64,000 nucleotides of DNA, taken from positions 1,053 through 65,052 of the forward strand of contig JBIIER010000016.1 of the NCBI GenBank assembly GCA_044237745.1, in the 5' to 3' direction. Of this stretch, positions 45,716 to 56,100 are shown one piece after another (position 1 is the stretch's first letter; each line of letters starts with the position of its first letter). Origin of the DNA: Pseudobdellovibrionaceae bacterium. Its GTDB lineage: Bacteria > Bdellovibrionota > Bdellovibrionia > Bdellovibrionales > Bdellovibrionaceae. Under the pieces are notes generated by a model. That model did no database searches, was not told the DNA's origin, and saw only the letters and a list, made by a program, of their open reading frames with translations. The translations under genes and the position numbers were made by a program.

Positions 45716-47165
45716 AGCGTATTCCTGCCCCTATACGGTCATTATCAGCAAATTGATTGAGATCCGTAACTAGTAACGAACCCCCTTCAACTTCTTTGGC
45801 TTGGATCAATTGGGCTTCGGTAAAAAATAACCAATTTTTATAGAGATTCATTTCAAAATCTGCAGAAATGAGTTCATTCTCTTCACTCATCAGCCAGCGC
45901 AATTGTGCGCCCCAATTGTTATGATTAATTTTGCTCGGCACTCTAATTTTTGATGCCTTCAGTTGATAGGCCATTTTAAAGGGATATCTAACTAAAGCAA
46001 GCCCACCTGAAGAAGAAGCCAAGTCTCCTTGAAGTTCCGTTTTGCCACCAAAAAATTGCAACTCAGAAAAACTCAATTTGTATTCTTTTTCTCTCACAAA
46101 AGCTCCAACTTGAAGAGCTGAAAGCGAACTCATTTGCGGTGTGGTCCAAGTTTCAAGTGGAACAATGCTATTAGGCTCATCATGCAAGCCCCCCATAAAT
46201 AAACCAAAGTTTTTATTCGACCAGCCTAAATCATAACTTGTTAAACTGTGGTTAAAAACAGCCGGAAAGATATCAACCAAACCCGCATTTTTAGACAGAT
46301 CAAATGCGCCTCTGTATCTCATGGCCATTTGATTCGAGGGTTTATGTGCCCAAGCAAAGCGCATAAAAAAACCAGGGTCCACTTCATTATTAAGTTGGTA
46401 TTTAAAAGCAATTGAAGGCTGTGAAATCACCTCAACAGTAGAGGGCAGAATGATATTGTATTTTACATCCGTATCTTCGCCCCACAAACGCATTTTAGCA
46501 GGAGGCGTTTTAAACCATGGGTTCACTTTTTTAAATTCACCATTATCAATTTCGTATTTTGCCCCCTGATTAGGAATATAAATATTGGATGCAAAAAAAT
46601 CTAAAGTGGAGCGTCCAAAATCTCCATCACCCCACCACTGAGTAAAAAAACCTGTGAGCCCTTGTTCTTCAGGGTTTAAAGGATTCCACTTAAAAAGAGG
46701 CTGCCAAAATCCAAGAGTCCAGTCAGAATCTAAAGCACTCCAACGATGAAGACTGCGGCCCATCTGTAAAGATTGGTGTGGATGGAGCTTCCACTGGATA
46801 AAAATTTCACGAAAATTCACATAATTTAACAAGGGCTGCTGTGGAACCACTAAAAACTCTAATTTGACCTGAAACAAGGAATCGGTCCAAGTCTCTCGCT
46901 CATCAAAATGAGCACCCAAGCCCTTCCAAAAAGGATTCTGATCAGCTGAAAAAGCATTGCTTATAAATTCATCATTTCGATAAAAAATATGACCTTCGGG
47001 TTTAGCTTCTACAACTAAGGTGGTCAGGATGGAGAAAACAAGAATAAGGGGTAAAAACACTTTTGAAGAATTAAAGAACTTGAAAAAAAAACAATGACGA
47101 AGTTTTAGAAATAGCATAAATTTTTTTCTCATCCTCTCCGTCAATATTTGTTTCAGGGGTTTCAT
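45705..47165 (-). CDS. putative outer-membrane beta-barrel protein
   Basis: 486 aa with an N-terminal signal/anchor, abundant aromatic-alternating strands and a C-terminal ...GAGIRYEF ending in Phe, as in many OMPs. Overlaps the downstream lipoprotein gene by 11 nt. Confidence 0.5.
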   Translation of the reverse strand: MKPLKQILTERMRKKFMLFLKLRHCFFFKFFNSSKVFLPLILVFSILTTLVVEAKPEGHIFYRNDEFISNAFSADQNPFWKGLGAHFDERETWTDSLFQVKLEFLVVPQQPLLNYVNFREIFIQWKLHPHQSLQMGRSLHRWSALDSDWTLGFWQPLFKWNPLNPEEQGLTGFFTQWWGDGDFGRSTLDFFASNIYIPNQGAKYEIDNGEFKKVNPWFKTPPAKMRLWGEDTDVKYNIILPSTVEVISQPSIAFKYQLNNEVDPGFFMRFAWAHKPSNQMAMRYRGAFDLSKNAGLVDIFPAVFNHSLTSYDLGWSNKNFGLFMGGLHDEPNSIVPLETWTTPQMSSLSALQVGAFVREKEYKLSFSELQFFGGKTELQGDLASSSGGLALVRYPFKMAYQLKASKIRVPSKINHNNWGAQLRWLMSEENELISADFEMNLYKNWLFFTEAQLIQAKEVEGGSLLVTDLNQFADNDRIGAGIRYEF

Positions 47166-47195
47166 CCTTTAATGAGTTCATCTCCTTAATGTACT

Positions 47196-47211
47196 TGCTA
47201 TCTTTGTGCCA
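47196..47211 (-). promoter_or_regulatory. sigma-54 promoter candidate (TGGCAC-N5-TAGCA)
   Basis: The minus strand reads TGGCACaaagaTAGCA, with GG and GC at the canonical -24/-12 spacing, about 30 nt upstream of the ATG at 47165. An AGGAG SD lies in between. Confidence 0.5.
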
Positions 47212-47313
47212 CCAAAATTCATATTTTGACACTGAGACTCACTGATGGACCTTTGTTTAAAGATAAGAGAACTTAAAGTAAGAGAGCTTGAATAAAAGGA
47301 GTACGTAAATTTT

Positions 47314-48351
47314 ATGTCCTTAAATAATTTGAATGCGCAAAAAATTCTCATTCTTCGTTTTTCAAGCTTTGGTGATGTGACTGAATCTTTAAGCATTCCT
47401 AGTTTTATTCATCAGCACTGGCCGCAGTCAGAAATTCATTGGGCCGTGAGATCTGATTTATCTTCTCTGCTTAAAAATCATCCGCATATTTTTCAGATTC
47501 ACGCTTATGATAAAAAAACAGGCTTGATGGGTCTTATCAAATTAGCTTTTCAATTAAGAAAATTAAATTTTACTCATGTTTATGATGCCCACAATAGCAC
47601 CCGTTCGCGCCTCATTGCTTTGATCACAACTTTTTTAAAGGGCAATGAGCTCTTGAGAAAATCTCAATTTAGATGGAAAAGATTTTTACTTTTTAAATTC
47701 AGAATCAATCACTATGAAATGCCTTTTTCTGGGCAAAGAGATCTGTTAAAACCTCTGCAAAAATGGGAAATGCCTTTTAAGCTTCCTGAAGCTCCTCAGC
47801 TTTTTTTAGACTCTCAATTAAAAACTATTTTTGAAAAATTAAATTTTCCGAAAGGGCGTTGGATTGCTTGCGCTCCTTCTGCGGCTTTTGAACTTAAACG
47901 TTGGCCCCTAGAGTATTGGGAACAACTGGCGAGTTCTATGCTTAAAAAACTTCCAGAAGATTTTCATTTTATTTTTTTGGGCGGACCAGAGGATCACTTC
48001 ATTCAAAAAATCATCGCCCTCAATCCATCACGTTTGCATAATTTTGCCGGCAAGCTTTCTCTCACAGAGAGCGCCAAGGTGATTGAGCAATCTGAACTCA
48101 CGATTTCTAATGATACGGGTCTCTTGCATGTGGCCGAGCAATTGGGCCGCCCGGCCATTGCGTTGATGGGTCCAGCACCTTTTGGCTATCCTTCACGCCA
48201 GAGCACGCAAATTTTAGAACTTCAGTTAGAATGCAAACCATGTAGCAAGCATGGGCAAGGACCTTGTGTGAATGCAAAATATCATGAGTGCCTCAGAGGG
48301 ATTTCTCCACAGCTCGTAGAACAACACGCTCTCAAAAAATTAGCGTTATAA
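47314..48351 (+). CDS. glycosyltransferase family 9 (LPS heptosyltransferase-like)
   Basis: 345 aa with ILILRFSSFGDV at the N-terminus and ISNDTGLLHVAEQLGRP near the C-terminus. Directly upstream of waaA. Confidence 0.85.
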   Translation: MSLNNLNAQKILILRFSSFGDVTESLSIPSFIHQHWPQSEIHWAVRSDLSSLLKNHPHIFQIHAYDKKTGLMGLIKLAFQLRKLNFTHVYDAHNSTRSRLIALITTFLKGNELLRKSQFRWKRFLLFKFRINHYEMPFSGQRDLLKPLQKWEMPFKLPEAPQLFLDSQLKTIFEKLNFPKGRWIACAPSAAFELKRWPLEYWEQLASSMLKKLPEDFHFIFLGGPEDHFIQKIIALNPSRLHNFAGKLSLTESAKVIEQSELTISNDTGLLHVAEQLGRPAIALMGPAPFGYPSRQSTQILELQLECKPCSKHGQGPCVNAKYHECLRGISPQLVEQHALKKLAL

Positions 48352-48361
48352 ATTTAATGAA

Positions 48362-49696
48362 ATGAGATTTGATTTGAAACCCATGATTTATTTTATTCTC
48401 ACTCAATTTGCCAAACTGATCTTAAAAGTTCTTGCGTGGACAGGGAACGAAAAAATTAAAGCTGTGCTCAAGGAGCGTGAGTCTCAAGATAGCTGGATTT
48501 TAAGAAAACCCCCACAATCTTGTATTTGGATTCATGCGGCCAGTGGCGAAGTAGAATATGCCAAACCACTCTTAAGGGAACTTAAAGCAAAATACCCGAA
48601 TCAATATATTTTACTCACCTACACTTCTCCCTCAATCAAGAAATTGATTTTAAACGCCCCAGAATGGGATGCCTTGGTGCCACTCCCATGGGATGAGACC
48701 AATAAGCTTGAAGATTTTTTGAATCGCTTTAAACCCAAGGCATTGCTTTTTGCTCGTACAGACGTTTGGCCAGTACTTTCTCATTTAGCCCAACAAAAAA
48801 ACATTCCGACATTGTTATTTTCGGCTACTTTTAATTCTGAGAGCTCTCGTTTTAAATGGCCTGGGATTATTTGGACTCGTTGGGCTCTTCAATCTTTAAA
48901 AAATATTTTTGTGGTGGAGGCCTCTGATCTTGAGGCACTAAAAAAAGTTTATTGCTCAAACAACTTACCCTCTTCAATCACTGTTGAGGGAGACACTCGC
49001 TACGATCAAGTTCTATGGCGCTTGCAACAAAATCCTCTTGAAGCTTCTTGTTTAAAATTTTCGGGAGCAACTGTTCGTAAAAAGTTTTTGATGGGCTCTA
49101 CTTGGCCAGAGGATTTAAATGTTTTACTCCCTCCACTCTGTCAAAAAGTATTAGGCTCAAAAGTTCAATCGCCAGAATTGGCGCTCACGATTGCTCCTCA
49201 TGAGCTCAAAGAGATCCCTCATTTAGTGATCTCTCTTAAAGATTTAGGTTTAGATCATCAGCTGTGGAGTGAGCTCAATAGAGAAGTTTGGGATCCTTGC
49301 AAAGCTTGGGATCCTTGCAAAGTTTTGATTATTGATAAAATCGGAGTCTTAGCTCCGCTTTATGCTCATTATGATTTTGCTTTTGTGGGTGGAAGCTTTA
49401 AAAAACAAGTTCACTCGGTGATGGAACCTTTGGCCGCAGGACTTTTTGTATTTGTGGGTCCTCATCATATTAACAACCGTGAGGCGGTGGTGTTTCAAAA
49501 TATTTTTGTGAAGGATCATTCTTGCGTGAAGAGCGTGAATAATGAAGCTGAATTTTTGGAAAGTTTAAATGCCCTTTTAAAATTAGACATTGAGACTTTA
49601 AAACATTCATCTTTACAAATTAAGCAAGAGATTCAAAAACGATTGGGTGCCACTCAAAAAACCCTTGAATGGATTGAACAGAATGTTGAACTTTAA
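48362..49696 (+). CDS. waaA: 3-deoxy-D-manno-octulosonic acid (Kdo) transferase
   Basis: 444 aa. IWIHAASGEVEYAKPL motif and C-terminal GGSF...HSVMEP block typical of KdtA/WaaA. Confidence 0.88.
   Translation: MRFDLKPMIYFILTQFAKLILKVLAWTGNEKIKAVLKERESQDSWILRKPPQSCIWIHAASGEVEYAKPLLRELKAKYPNQYILLTYTSPSIKKLILNAPEWDALVPLPWDETNKLEDFLNRFKPKALLFARTDVWPVLSHLAQQKNIPTLLFSATFNSESSRFKWPGIIWTRWALQSLKNIFVVEASDLEALKKVYCSNNLPSSITVEGDTRYDQVLWRLQQNPLEASCLKFSGATVRKKFLMGSTWPEDLNVLLPPLCQKVLGSKVQSPELALTIAPHELKEIPHLVISLKDLGLDHQLWSELNREVWDPCKAWDPCKVLIIDKIGVLAPLYAHYDFAFVGGSFKKQVHSVMEPLAAGLFVFVGPHHINNREAVVFQNIFVKDHSCVKSVNNEAEFLESLNALLKLDIETLKHSSLQIKQEIQKRLGATQKTLEWIEQNVEL
49288..49322 (+). repeat. in-frame 18-bp tandem duplication inside waaA
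   Basis: TTGGGATCCTTGCAAAG at 49288-49304 is repeated exactly at 49306-49322 (period 18), encoding WDPCKA-WDPCKV. Confidence 0.9.
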
Positions 49697-50345
49697 AAAA
49701 ATTAAAATTTTTAATTTTAAGTCTTTGCGTTTAAAAAACTTCCCCTTAGTTTGGGGATTTTTTTTATTAAATCCAAATCTCCTACCAGAAAATCTTAAAT
49801 CTGGTGACGTGCTTTTGCTCTCTTTAAATTGCTACGAGTGCCGCATGATTGAATCAGAAACCAACTCTGCTTATTCGCATTCAGGCGTAGTGATTAGAGA
49901 TGAAAAAAATAATTTACAAATTGCTCAAGCATTGGGCGAGGTTCACCTCACGACTTTGCAAAACTTTGCCCGCAATATCACGGCAGGAACTGAGGTCTCG
50001 GTATTTCGTCCGCAAAAAAATATTTTTCAAGACAACCCTCAAAATATTTTAAGAACATTTAGAACTGATTTTGCGGGTGCCTCCTTTGATCCTGATTTTT
50101 TATGGACCAACAATGACATCTTTGGCAACGAAACCTACTACTGTGCTGAGTTTGTGGCTAAATTTATCAATCGCTTTTTATCTCAACCCATTCTCCCAAG
50201 ACCTATGAGCTTTGCTAAAAATAAAGACTATTGGCAAAAACACTTTGGAGATCACCCCCCTCCTGAGGGAGAGCTGGGTGTATCTCCAGTGGATTTTTCA
50301 ACGACTGAGGTTTTAGAATTTGTAGGGACTGTGAGGGTTCATTAA
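49683..50345 (+). CDS. YiiX-like permuted papain-fold protein (Peptidase_C92/DUF830-like)
   Basis: Start moved to the ATG at 49683. LKSGDVLLLS, SAYSHSGVVI and ETYYCAEFVAKF follow the order seen in YiiX/YaeF-type proteins (recalled). Confidence 0.5.
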   Translation: MLNFKKIKIFNFKSLRLKNFPLVWGFFLLNPNLLPENLKSGDVLLLSLNCYECRMIESETNSAYSHSGVVIRDEKNNLQIAQALGEVHLTTLQNFARNITAGTEVSVFRPQKNIFQDNPQNILRTFRTDFAGASFDPDFLWTNNDIFGNETYYCAEFVAKFINRFLSQPILPRPMSFAKNKDYWQKHFGDHPPPEGELGVSPVDFSTTEVLEFVGTVRVH

Positions 50346-50388
50346 ATCAAAAAAGAGGCTTCAACGTTCATGATTGATTTTATAAAAA

Positions 50389-50760
50389 TCAATCTCCTAA
50401 ATATCGGGCTCTATCTTGAACACAGGTTTTTTCGTACCAAACAGGATCAGCTAATTTTACTGCCTGACTGAAAACCACTTTTTCGCTCTGAGGATCAAAC
50501 ATATAAACATGAAGACAAGGGATACAGTCAGCGTAAAGAACTGCTCTTAAACGTTTTTGATTGGTGGAATTATAAACTTCATCAACCTTTACAACGCTCG
50601 CAGAATGACAACCCAGTGAATAAGAATCTTCATGAGAAGTTGCTAAAGCTAAAGCCATTGAAGAAGCTTCTCCATAGCCCATTTCGGCGCGTGAAATGGA
50701 ACTCAAAACTAAAGATCCAGCCAATGCAGACAAGACTAAAAATGATCTAGATACTTTCAT
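50389..50760 (-). CDS. small secreted hypothetical protein
   Basis: 123 aa with a signal peptide (FLVLSALAGSLVLSSISRA) and four Cys. No family recognised. Confidence 0.45.
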   Translation of the reverse strand: MKVSRSFLVLSALAGSLVLSSISRAEMGYGEASSMALALATSHEDSYSLGCHSASVVKVDEVYNSTNQKRLRAVLYADCIPCLHVYMFDPQSEKVVFSQAVKLADPVWYEKTCVQDRARYLGD

Positions 50761-50817
50761 ATAATTTCTGCTACCTAAAAGACTGATTTCCTTTGAGGTA
50801 GTCAGCTCCTTTAAAGA

Positions 50818-50839
50818 GAGTTCTTAATCTTAAGAACTC
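50818..50839. repeat. perfect palindrome GAGTTCTTAA-tc-TTAAGAACTC
   Basis: 10-bp arms separated by 2 nt, in the 207-bp spacer between the permease stop and the start of the 123-aa gene. Could be an operator or a weak terminator. Confidence 0.5.
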
Positions 50840-50967
50840 AACTCATGCTTTATTTTAATGATCTTAACCAGAAAAGTTTCAAGTAAGAACTTAAGCACAA
50901 ACTCTTTAAAAGTTTTTTTAAAATTCAAAAATTATATTTACTCAACAATTGAGATTTTAAGACTCAT

Positions 50968-52344
50968 TTAATTTTGTTGAGCCTGCTCTCTGGAGTAGTA
51001 ATAATAAACTGGCAAACCCAAACACATAAAAATAAGTCCCTTAAAAAAGTGATTTGGATTCTCGAGGAGAGAGTTAATAATAATAAAAAAGGAACTCAAA
51101 ATAAATACAATCGGCAACACCGGAAACAACGGCGACTTATAAGAAGACTGGTATTTATTTTTTCTGAAATAAAAAATAGTCGAAGCCGTGATCACATAAA
51201 AAATCCAGTTGATCACCACTACATACTCGGTGAGCTGATCAAAAGTTCCGGAGAGAGCTAAAAAGAGAGCAATTGTTCCCTGAATGATTAAACTCCATAC
51301 GGGAGTGTGCATGTTTTGTTCAACATAAGCTAATTTTTTAGGAAGCAATCCATAAGCGGCCATCGCATAAGGCACTCGAGAACCCATGATGATGGAGCCA
51401 TTCATTCCACCTAAGGCAGACACCACAAAAACTAAAGAGATAAAAGGCACTCCCCAACTGCTTAAAAACTTTTGTGCCGCGAGAGTGGCTACGGGCAGAC
51501 TTTCAGGATGCAATTGAGAGTAAGCATTTTGAATTTCTCCCAATGAAAGAATATGAAAATAAGATAAGTTGATTAAAAGATACAAACACATCACTAAAAA
51601 CAATCCCACACCAATGGCTCTTGGAATATTTTTTTGAGGATCTTTAACTTCTCCGGCAATTTTAGGCAAACCGTTCCAACCATCGTAAGCCCAAAGTGCT
51701 GCGATCATCGCAATGCCAAAAGCTTTGATAAATTCCATTGTTGATAAATTCATGGGCGGATTTGTATCTGAAGAAAAAATCTGTGAAAGTGAAAAACTCA
51801 CATTATCTTGTGAGCCCACAAACCAGATGCCTAAGATTAAAAAAACAATGGCAAAAACTTTAAGTGAAGTGATTAAAAGATTAAATCGGGCACCGTACTT
51901 TACTTTTAAACAATTAATACCGGTGAGTAAAATGATGAGAGAAACAGAAACTATTTGAGTGCCATATTGGTATTCTTTGATCGGAAATATCGCACTTAAA
52001 AATTTACTCGAAGCCACCGCAAAAGCCGCAATGGAACCAGGAACCGCAATCGAAAACTTAGACCATCCACAAAAAAAAGCGAGAAATTTGCCGTAGGCTT
52101 CATGAATAATAGCAAACTCTCCACCTGTTTTAGAAACATAAGTCGAAAGCTCAGCATAAGTGAGGGCTCCTGTAAAAGAAAGTATCCCAGCAATCACCCA
52201 AACCGCCATGAGCCATGGAACCGATGGGAGAATCACACTCATTTTTGCCAGTTTTAAAAAAATCCCTGTACCAATAAGGGCACCCACAACAAAAGATGTC
52301 GATTGCCAAAAACCAAGGGAACGTTCGAGTTCAGGTGTTTTCAT
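50968..52344 (-). CDS. APC-family amino acid permease
   Basis: 458 aa, about 12 TM segments. N-terminal GALIGTGIFL motif is typical of the APC superfamily. Confidence 0.85.
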   Translation of the reverse strand: MKTPELERSLGFWQSTSFVVGALIGTGIFLKLAKMSVILPSVPWLMAVWVIAGILSFTGALTYAELSTYVSKTGGEFAIIHEAYGKFLAFFCGWSKFSIAVPGSIAAFAVASSKFLSAIFPIKEYQYGTQIVSVSLIILLTGINCLKVKYGARFNLLITSLKVFAIVFLILGIWFVGSQDNVSFSLSQIFSSDTNPPMNLSTMEFIKAFGIAMIAALWAYDGWNGLPKIAGEVKDPQKNIPRAIGVGLFLVMCLYLLINLSYFHILSLGEIQNAYSQLHPESLPVATLAAQKFLSSWGVPFISLVFVVSALGGMNGSIIMGSRVPYAMAAYGLLPKKLAYVEQNMHTPVWSLIIQGTIALFLALSGTFDQLTEYVVVINWIFYVITASTIFYFRKNKYQSSYKSPLFPVLPIVFILSSFFIIINSLLENPNHFFKGLIFMCLGLPVYYYYSREQAQQN

Positions 52345-52346
52345 TC

Positions 52347-53000
52347 TTAATTTCCTTTAATGAGGATTTGTGGTTTTTTATCGGGATCTAACCATTTAAA
52401 AATCTCTTGAATGGTAGCCTTTGAAACAGCCACACATCCTGATGTCCCATGCTGAGGGGATTGCCAAATATGAAGAAAGATCGCGCTCCCAAATCCCTTG
52501 ATAACTGGGTGGGAGTTATAATCTATGACGAGTCCTAATTCATAGAGATTATCAGACCTTTTCATTTTTTCAAAACTCTTGGCCGTAGTTGGGCCACGAA
52601 CCCAAGTATTGTAATCATCTGAGTCAACATCATCGATGTATTTATCTTCATCGGTCGCCATGATGTAGGGCATTTTGGTCTCTGCCTGAGCGGCGTATCC
52701 CCAACTCGTTGAAAACTCATAAAGACCACTCGGAGTGCGTTTATCGCCCTCGCGTTTTTCTCCTTGGGGAGCAATTCCCTTTAACCCCACAACTGCGGGG
52801 AAGAATTTAATGGGTTGCCATTGGTTTTGGGCGTCTTTTTCATAAAGTGTGAGCGTGGCTTTAATATTTTGCAGGGATTTAACAATGATTAATTGCTGGC
52901 TGGATTCGAAGGAATTTAAATGGGTACTTGCTTGAATCTCAGGGCTTTTAAAAAACACGATCAGCAGGAATAAAAAAATAAATGATTTAATTTTATTCAA
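52347..53000 (-). CDS. L,D-transpeptidase (YkuD) family protein
   Basis: 217 aa with a signal peptide. Catalytic block AIFLHIWQSPQHGTSGCVAV (His ... Gly-Cys). Confidence 0.8.
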   Translation of the reverse strand: MNKIKSFIFLFLLIVFFKSPEIQASTHLNSFESSQQLIIVKSLQNIKATLTLYEKDAQNQWQPIKFFPAVVGLKGIAPQGEKREGDKRTPSGLYEFSTSWGYAAQAETKMPYIMATDEDKYIDDVDSDDYNTWVRGPTTAKSFEKMKRSDNLYELGLVIDYNSHPVIKGFGSAIFLHIWQSPQHGTSGCVAVSKATIQEIFKWLDPDKKPQILIKGN

Positions 53001-53124
53001 AAAAATAAATTGAAAGACATTTTGAAAATTATGTATTTGAGTCTTTGGATTTTTCGTAAGAAGCCTCTTTTAAAATTTCTATTTTAAGTAGAAATTGTAA
53101 AAAAAGCTTTTACCTTTGACCAGT

Positions 53125-53150
53125 CCAGTTCACCCCTTAAGATGAACTGG
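53125..53150 (-). terminator. stem-loop downstream of the fibre/GRD gene (possible terminator)
   Basis: CCAGTTCA (53125-53132) and TGAACTGG (53143-53150) form an 8-bp stem 10 nt after the stop at 53160. On the minus strand a T7 run follows about 18 nt after the stem, which is not ideal. Confidence 0.35.
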
Positions 53151-53159
53151 TCTAGTCAA

Positions 53160-56100
53160 TTATGGATCCACTAAGAATGTGATTGTTACGTATCCGTCAT
53201 TTGGATTTGAACCACCCACATTAGTTTGATTGGATCCGGTATTGTAAGATGAACCTCCACCACCCCATGTGCTGTAAGAACTCCAAGAGCCATTAATAGA
53301 TCCACCAGAATAGCCGCCACCGGCACCAGGATTTCCTAAGGCACCAGGACCGCCACCGCCGAAGCCCCCATTGTGATTTCCACCATAACAACTGGAGATA
53401 TATCCACCATTACCTCCGTTTGAGAATGAAGTTCCTCCTCGAGCCGTATCACAGTGACCTCCACCATTATTACCATTACCAGTTAATCCGCCACCGGCAC
53501 CACCAGTATTACTTCCAATGACATTGCCTCCGGCACCGCCTGAAGCTCCACTCACATTTCCAGCACCGCTGTAATAACCTTGAGAGTTAGTAGTAGTCAC
53601 ACCATCTCCAAATGATGCATCTCTATAGGTCGATGTACCATAAGAAGCAGAAGGAGCTCCTCCTCCTCCACCAGCAACAATAAGTGCATTTGTTCCCGTC
53701 GCGCCGTTGATCACATAGGTTCCTCCACCACCGCCATTTTCATTATAGTGCGGACTCGTATCGGCTTGACCTTTTTGACCCACGAGAATTTGTAAAACAG
53801 TTCCTTGAGTGAGGCTAAAATCACCCGCCATCACGGCACCTGAACCGCCATTGTAATTTAAAGTTCCACCGGCAGCACCTGCTGCAACAATTCGATAGGT
53901 TCCTGTTTTAGGAACGGTCCATTTTTGAATTCCTTGAGAAGACATATTCAGATAGCTCGTATTGGAGGCCCAGGATTGAGAGCTGTAAGCTGATTGGCAA
54001 GTTCCTAAATTTGGCCCTGTATAACCAGTGGCTCCACAAGTTGTAAAAGTAAAAGCATTGAAAGGATAAAGCTGCGGAACAATGCTTCCTGTTTTGGCAA
54101 GAATCATCCAGTTCGCACCATCAGAAACTAAATTTAAATATTGATACTTAGTAGAAAGCACAGCTCCTGTATAATCATCTATTTTTTGCGAACTTGTAGT
54201 AGCAATAGTCACTGTGTTTACGGAGTTATCTATTTTTTTAATACGATACTCACGACCAGAAATCCCCACTGCAGTTGGGAGAGTTAAAGTGATGGAACCA
54301 CTAGATACATTGGCTAATATATTTGTTTGAGAAGCAGTTAATGTTTGCGTGGTTGTCACAGTATTTAATCCCGCTGCAAAGGATCCTGAAACTTGCAAAC
54401 TTGAAGTTGGAGAAGCTGTTCCCACACCCACACTCCCTGCTGTGTAAGAAACATTGCTTCCACTTACAGCCCAAACACCTGTGCTTGGTTGACTCTTCCA
54501 CGTTGTTCCGTCGCTGGTTAACACATTACCAGAGGCGCCAGGAGCTACAGTTTGTACAGCGCTGGTTCCATTACCTAGAATCACACTGTTTGATGCCAAA
54601 CTGGTAGAGCCTGTCCCTCCATTCGCGACTTCAATTTTATTACCATTCCAAGTTCCCGTTGTGATGGTTCCCAATATTGTAAGATTTGTTGATCCCGCTG
54701 TAGGAGAAGCTCCAATATCTGCAGCTGCGGCTCCTGTTTTATTTATTTTAGACCATGATATTGCGGCCGCCGCTGCAATGTCTTCATCGGCCAGAGAAGA
54801 TTTTGCAGCTAGAGTTCCTAAGTTTGGTTTATTAATGAGATCACTATAACTTCCTGAAGTGGCCGCTGTTGATAAACCCGTCACTTGATCAGCTGGTAAA
54901 GAAATATTTTGACAAGAGAACTGATCCGTAATGGAAGACCAAATTAAAGTCTGCGAAGAATTGCAAGTATCCACATTAAATGCTGAAGAGGTCCCTAAAC
55001 TATTTTTAAGATCAGAGAGTTTCATAAACTGAGGCTGCCATCCCATTCCATTTAAAAATCGCAAATACTTTCCATCATCAGTCGCTAATGCCTTACTCAC
55101 ATTCACACCATTGATTTTATCAACAATAGTTTGAGATTGAGTGCCCGAAACATCTCCAACAAGATTTCCGGTAAATGAAGTTGAGGTATTTGCGTTGCCA
55201 GTAATATCTATACCCCACTGGCCACTCGCTGCTGATTGAATTTCTGAAATATTTATTTTTAAAATATTTTCATCTATTTTTAATCCAGATCCAGGCGCGG
55301 CCTTGGCAAATGCCTGAACCGTTCCCGCATCAGGAGTACAAGTCCATACGCCGTTTGTTTTTTTAAGAATTTCACCGTCTGAGCAAGTCGTTGATGCTAT
55401 TTCTCTTAAAGGCTCTGGAACACTTGTTAGTTTTGAATAGTTTAAACTCACAACACTTGAATCAGAAATTGAACTGCTCTTAATATTGGCCCCATTAAAA
55501 TTATTGGCGTCAGACATTTTTAAATATTTATCTGTTGTGCCATTGATGATGGCTAATAAATCAGACAATTTTGTAGCATCCAACTCAGTATTTGTTGAAT
55601 CAACTCCATCAGCTATTCTTAAAAGTCGTTCCTTTGAATAACCACCCACTTGTAAAGATTCAAGTGCCATTGGAACATATTGAATATCTTGCGCTGGCAA
55701 GGGATCGTAATCTGTAAAATTATAATCAGTGTTGTCCTTAAAATAAACATAGAACTTACGTCCCTCTGTTAATGGAGGAGGATTGTTAGTTGATCCATTG
55801 GCACACTCTATTGACTGAGTCGATGTCATAGTTTTGTTCGAAAAAATCTGACCCATGGTTAAACCGGTAGTGTCTGTTCTTGTGAGTGAGTCTTCTTTAA
55901 TTTTAATAGAAAAAACACCGGCTGTATAAGATAAGTCTTTTTCTTGAATGTCTTCAAAAAGTATACAAGAACTTGGCGGCGCACTTTTAATCTGAACCTT
56001 TATGAGCACAGAATTGCTAATTAAAGGTTTACCATCTGGTTTCAGTAATCTTCCGTTATAAGATAAATACTGCATGCTTGGTGGCGCTTCTGCTTGCGCT

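Noticed and set aside
47178-47396. 72-aa minus-strand ORF spanning the OMP promoter region and the start of the GT9 gene
   Set aside because: It overlaps the sigma-54-like promoter and the opposite-strand GT9 start. It has low complexity, no SD and no recognisable features.
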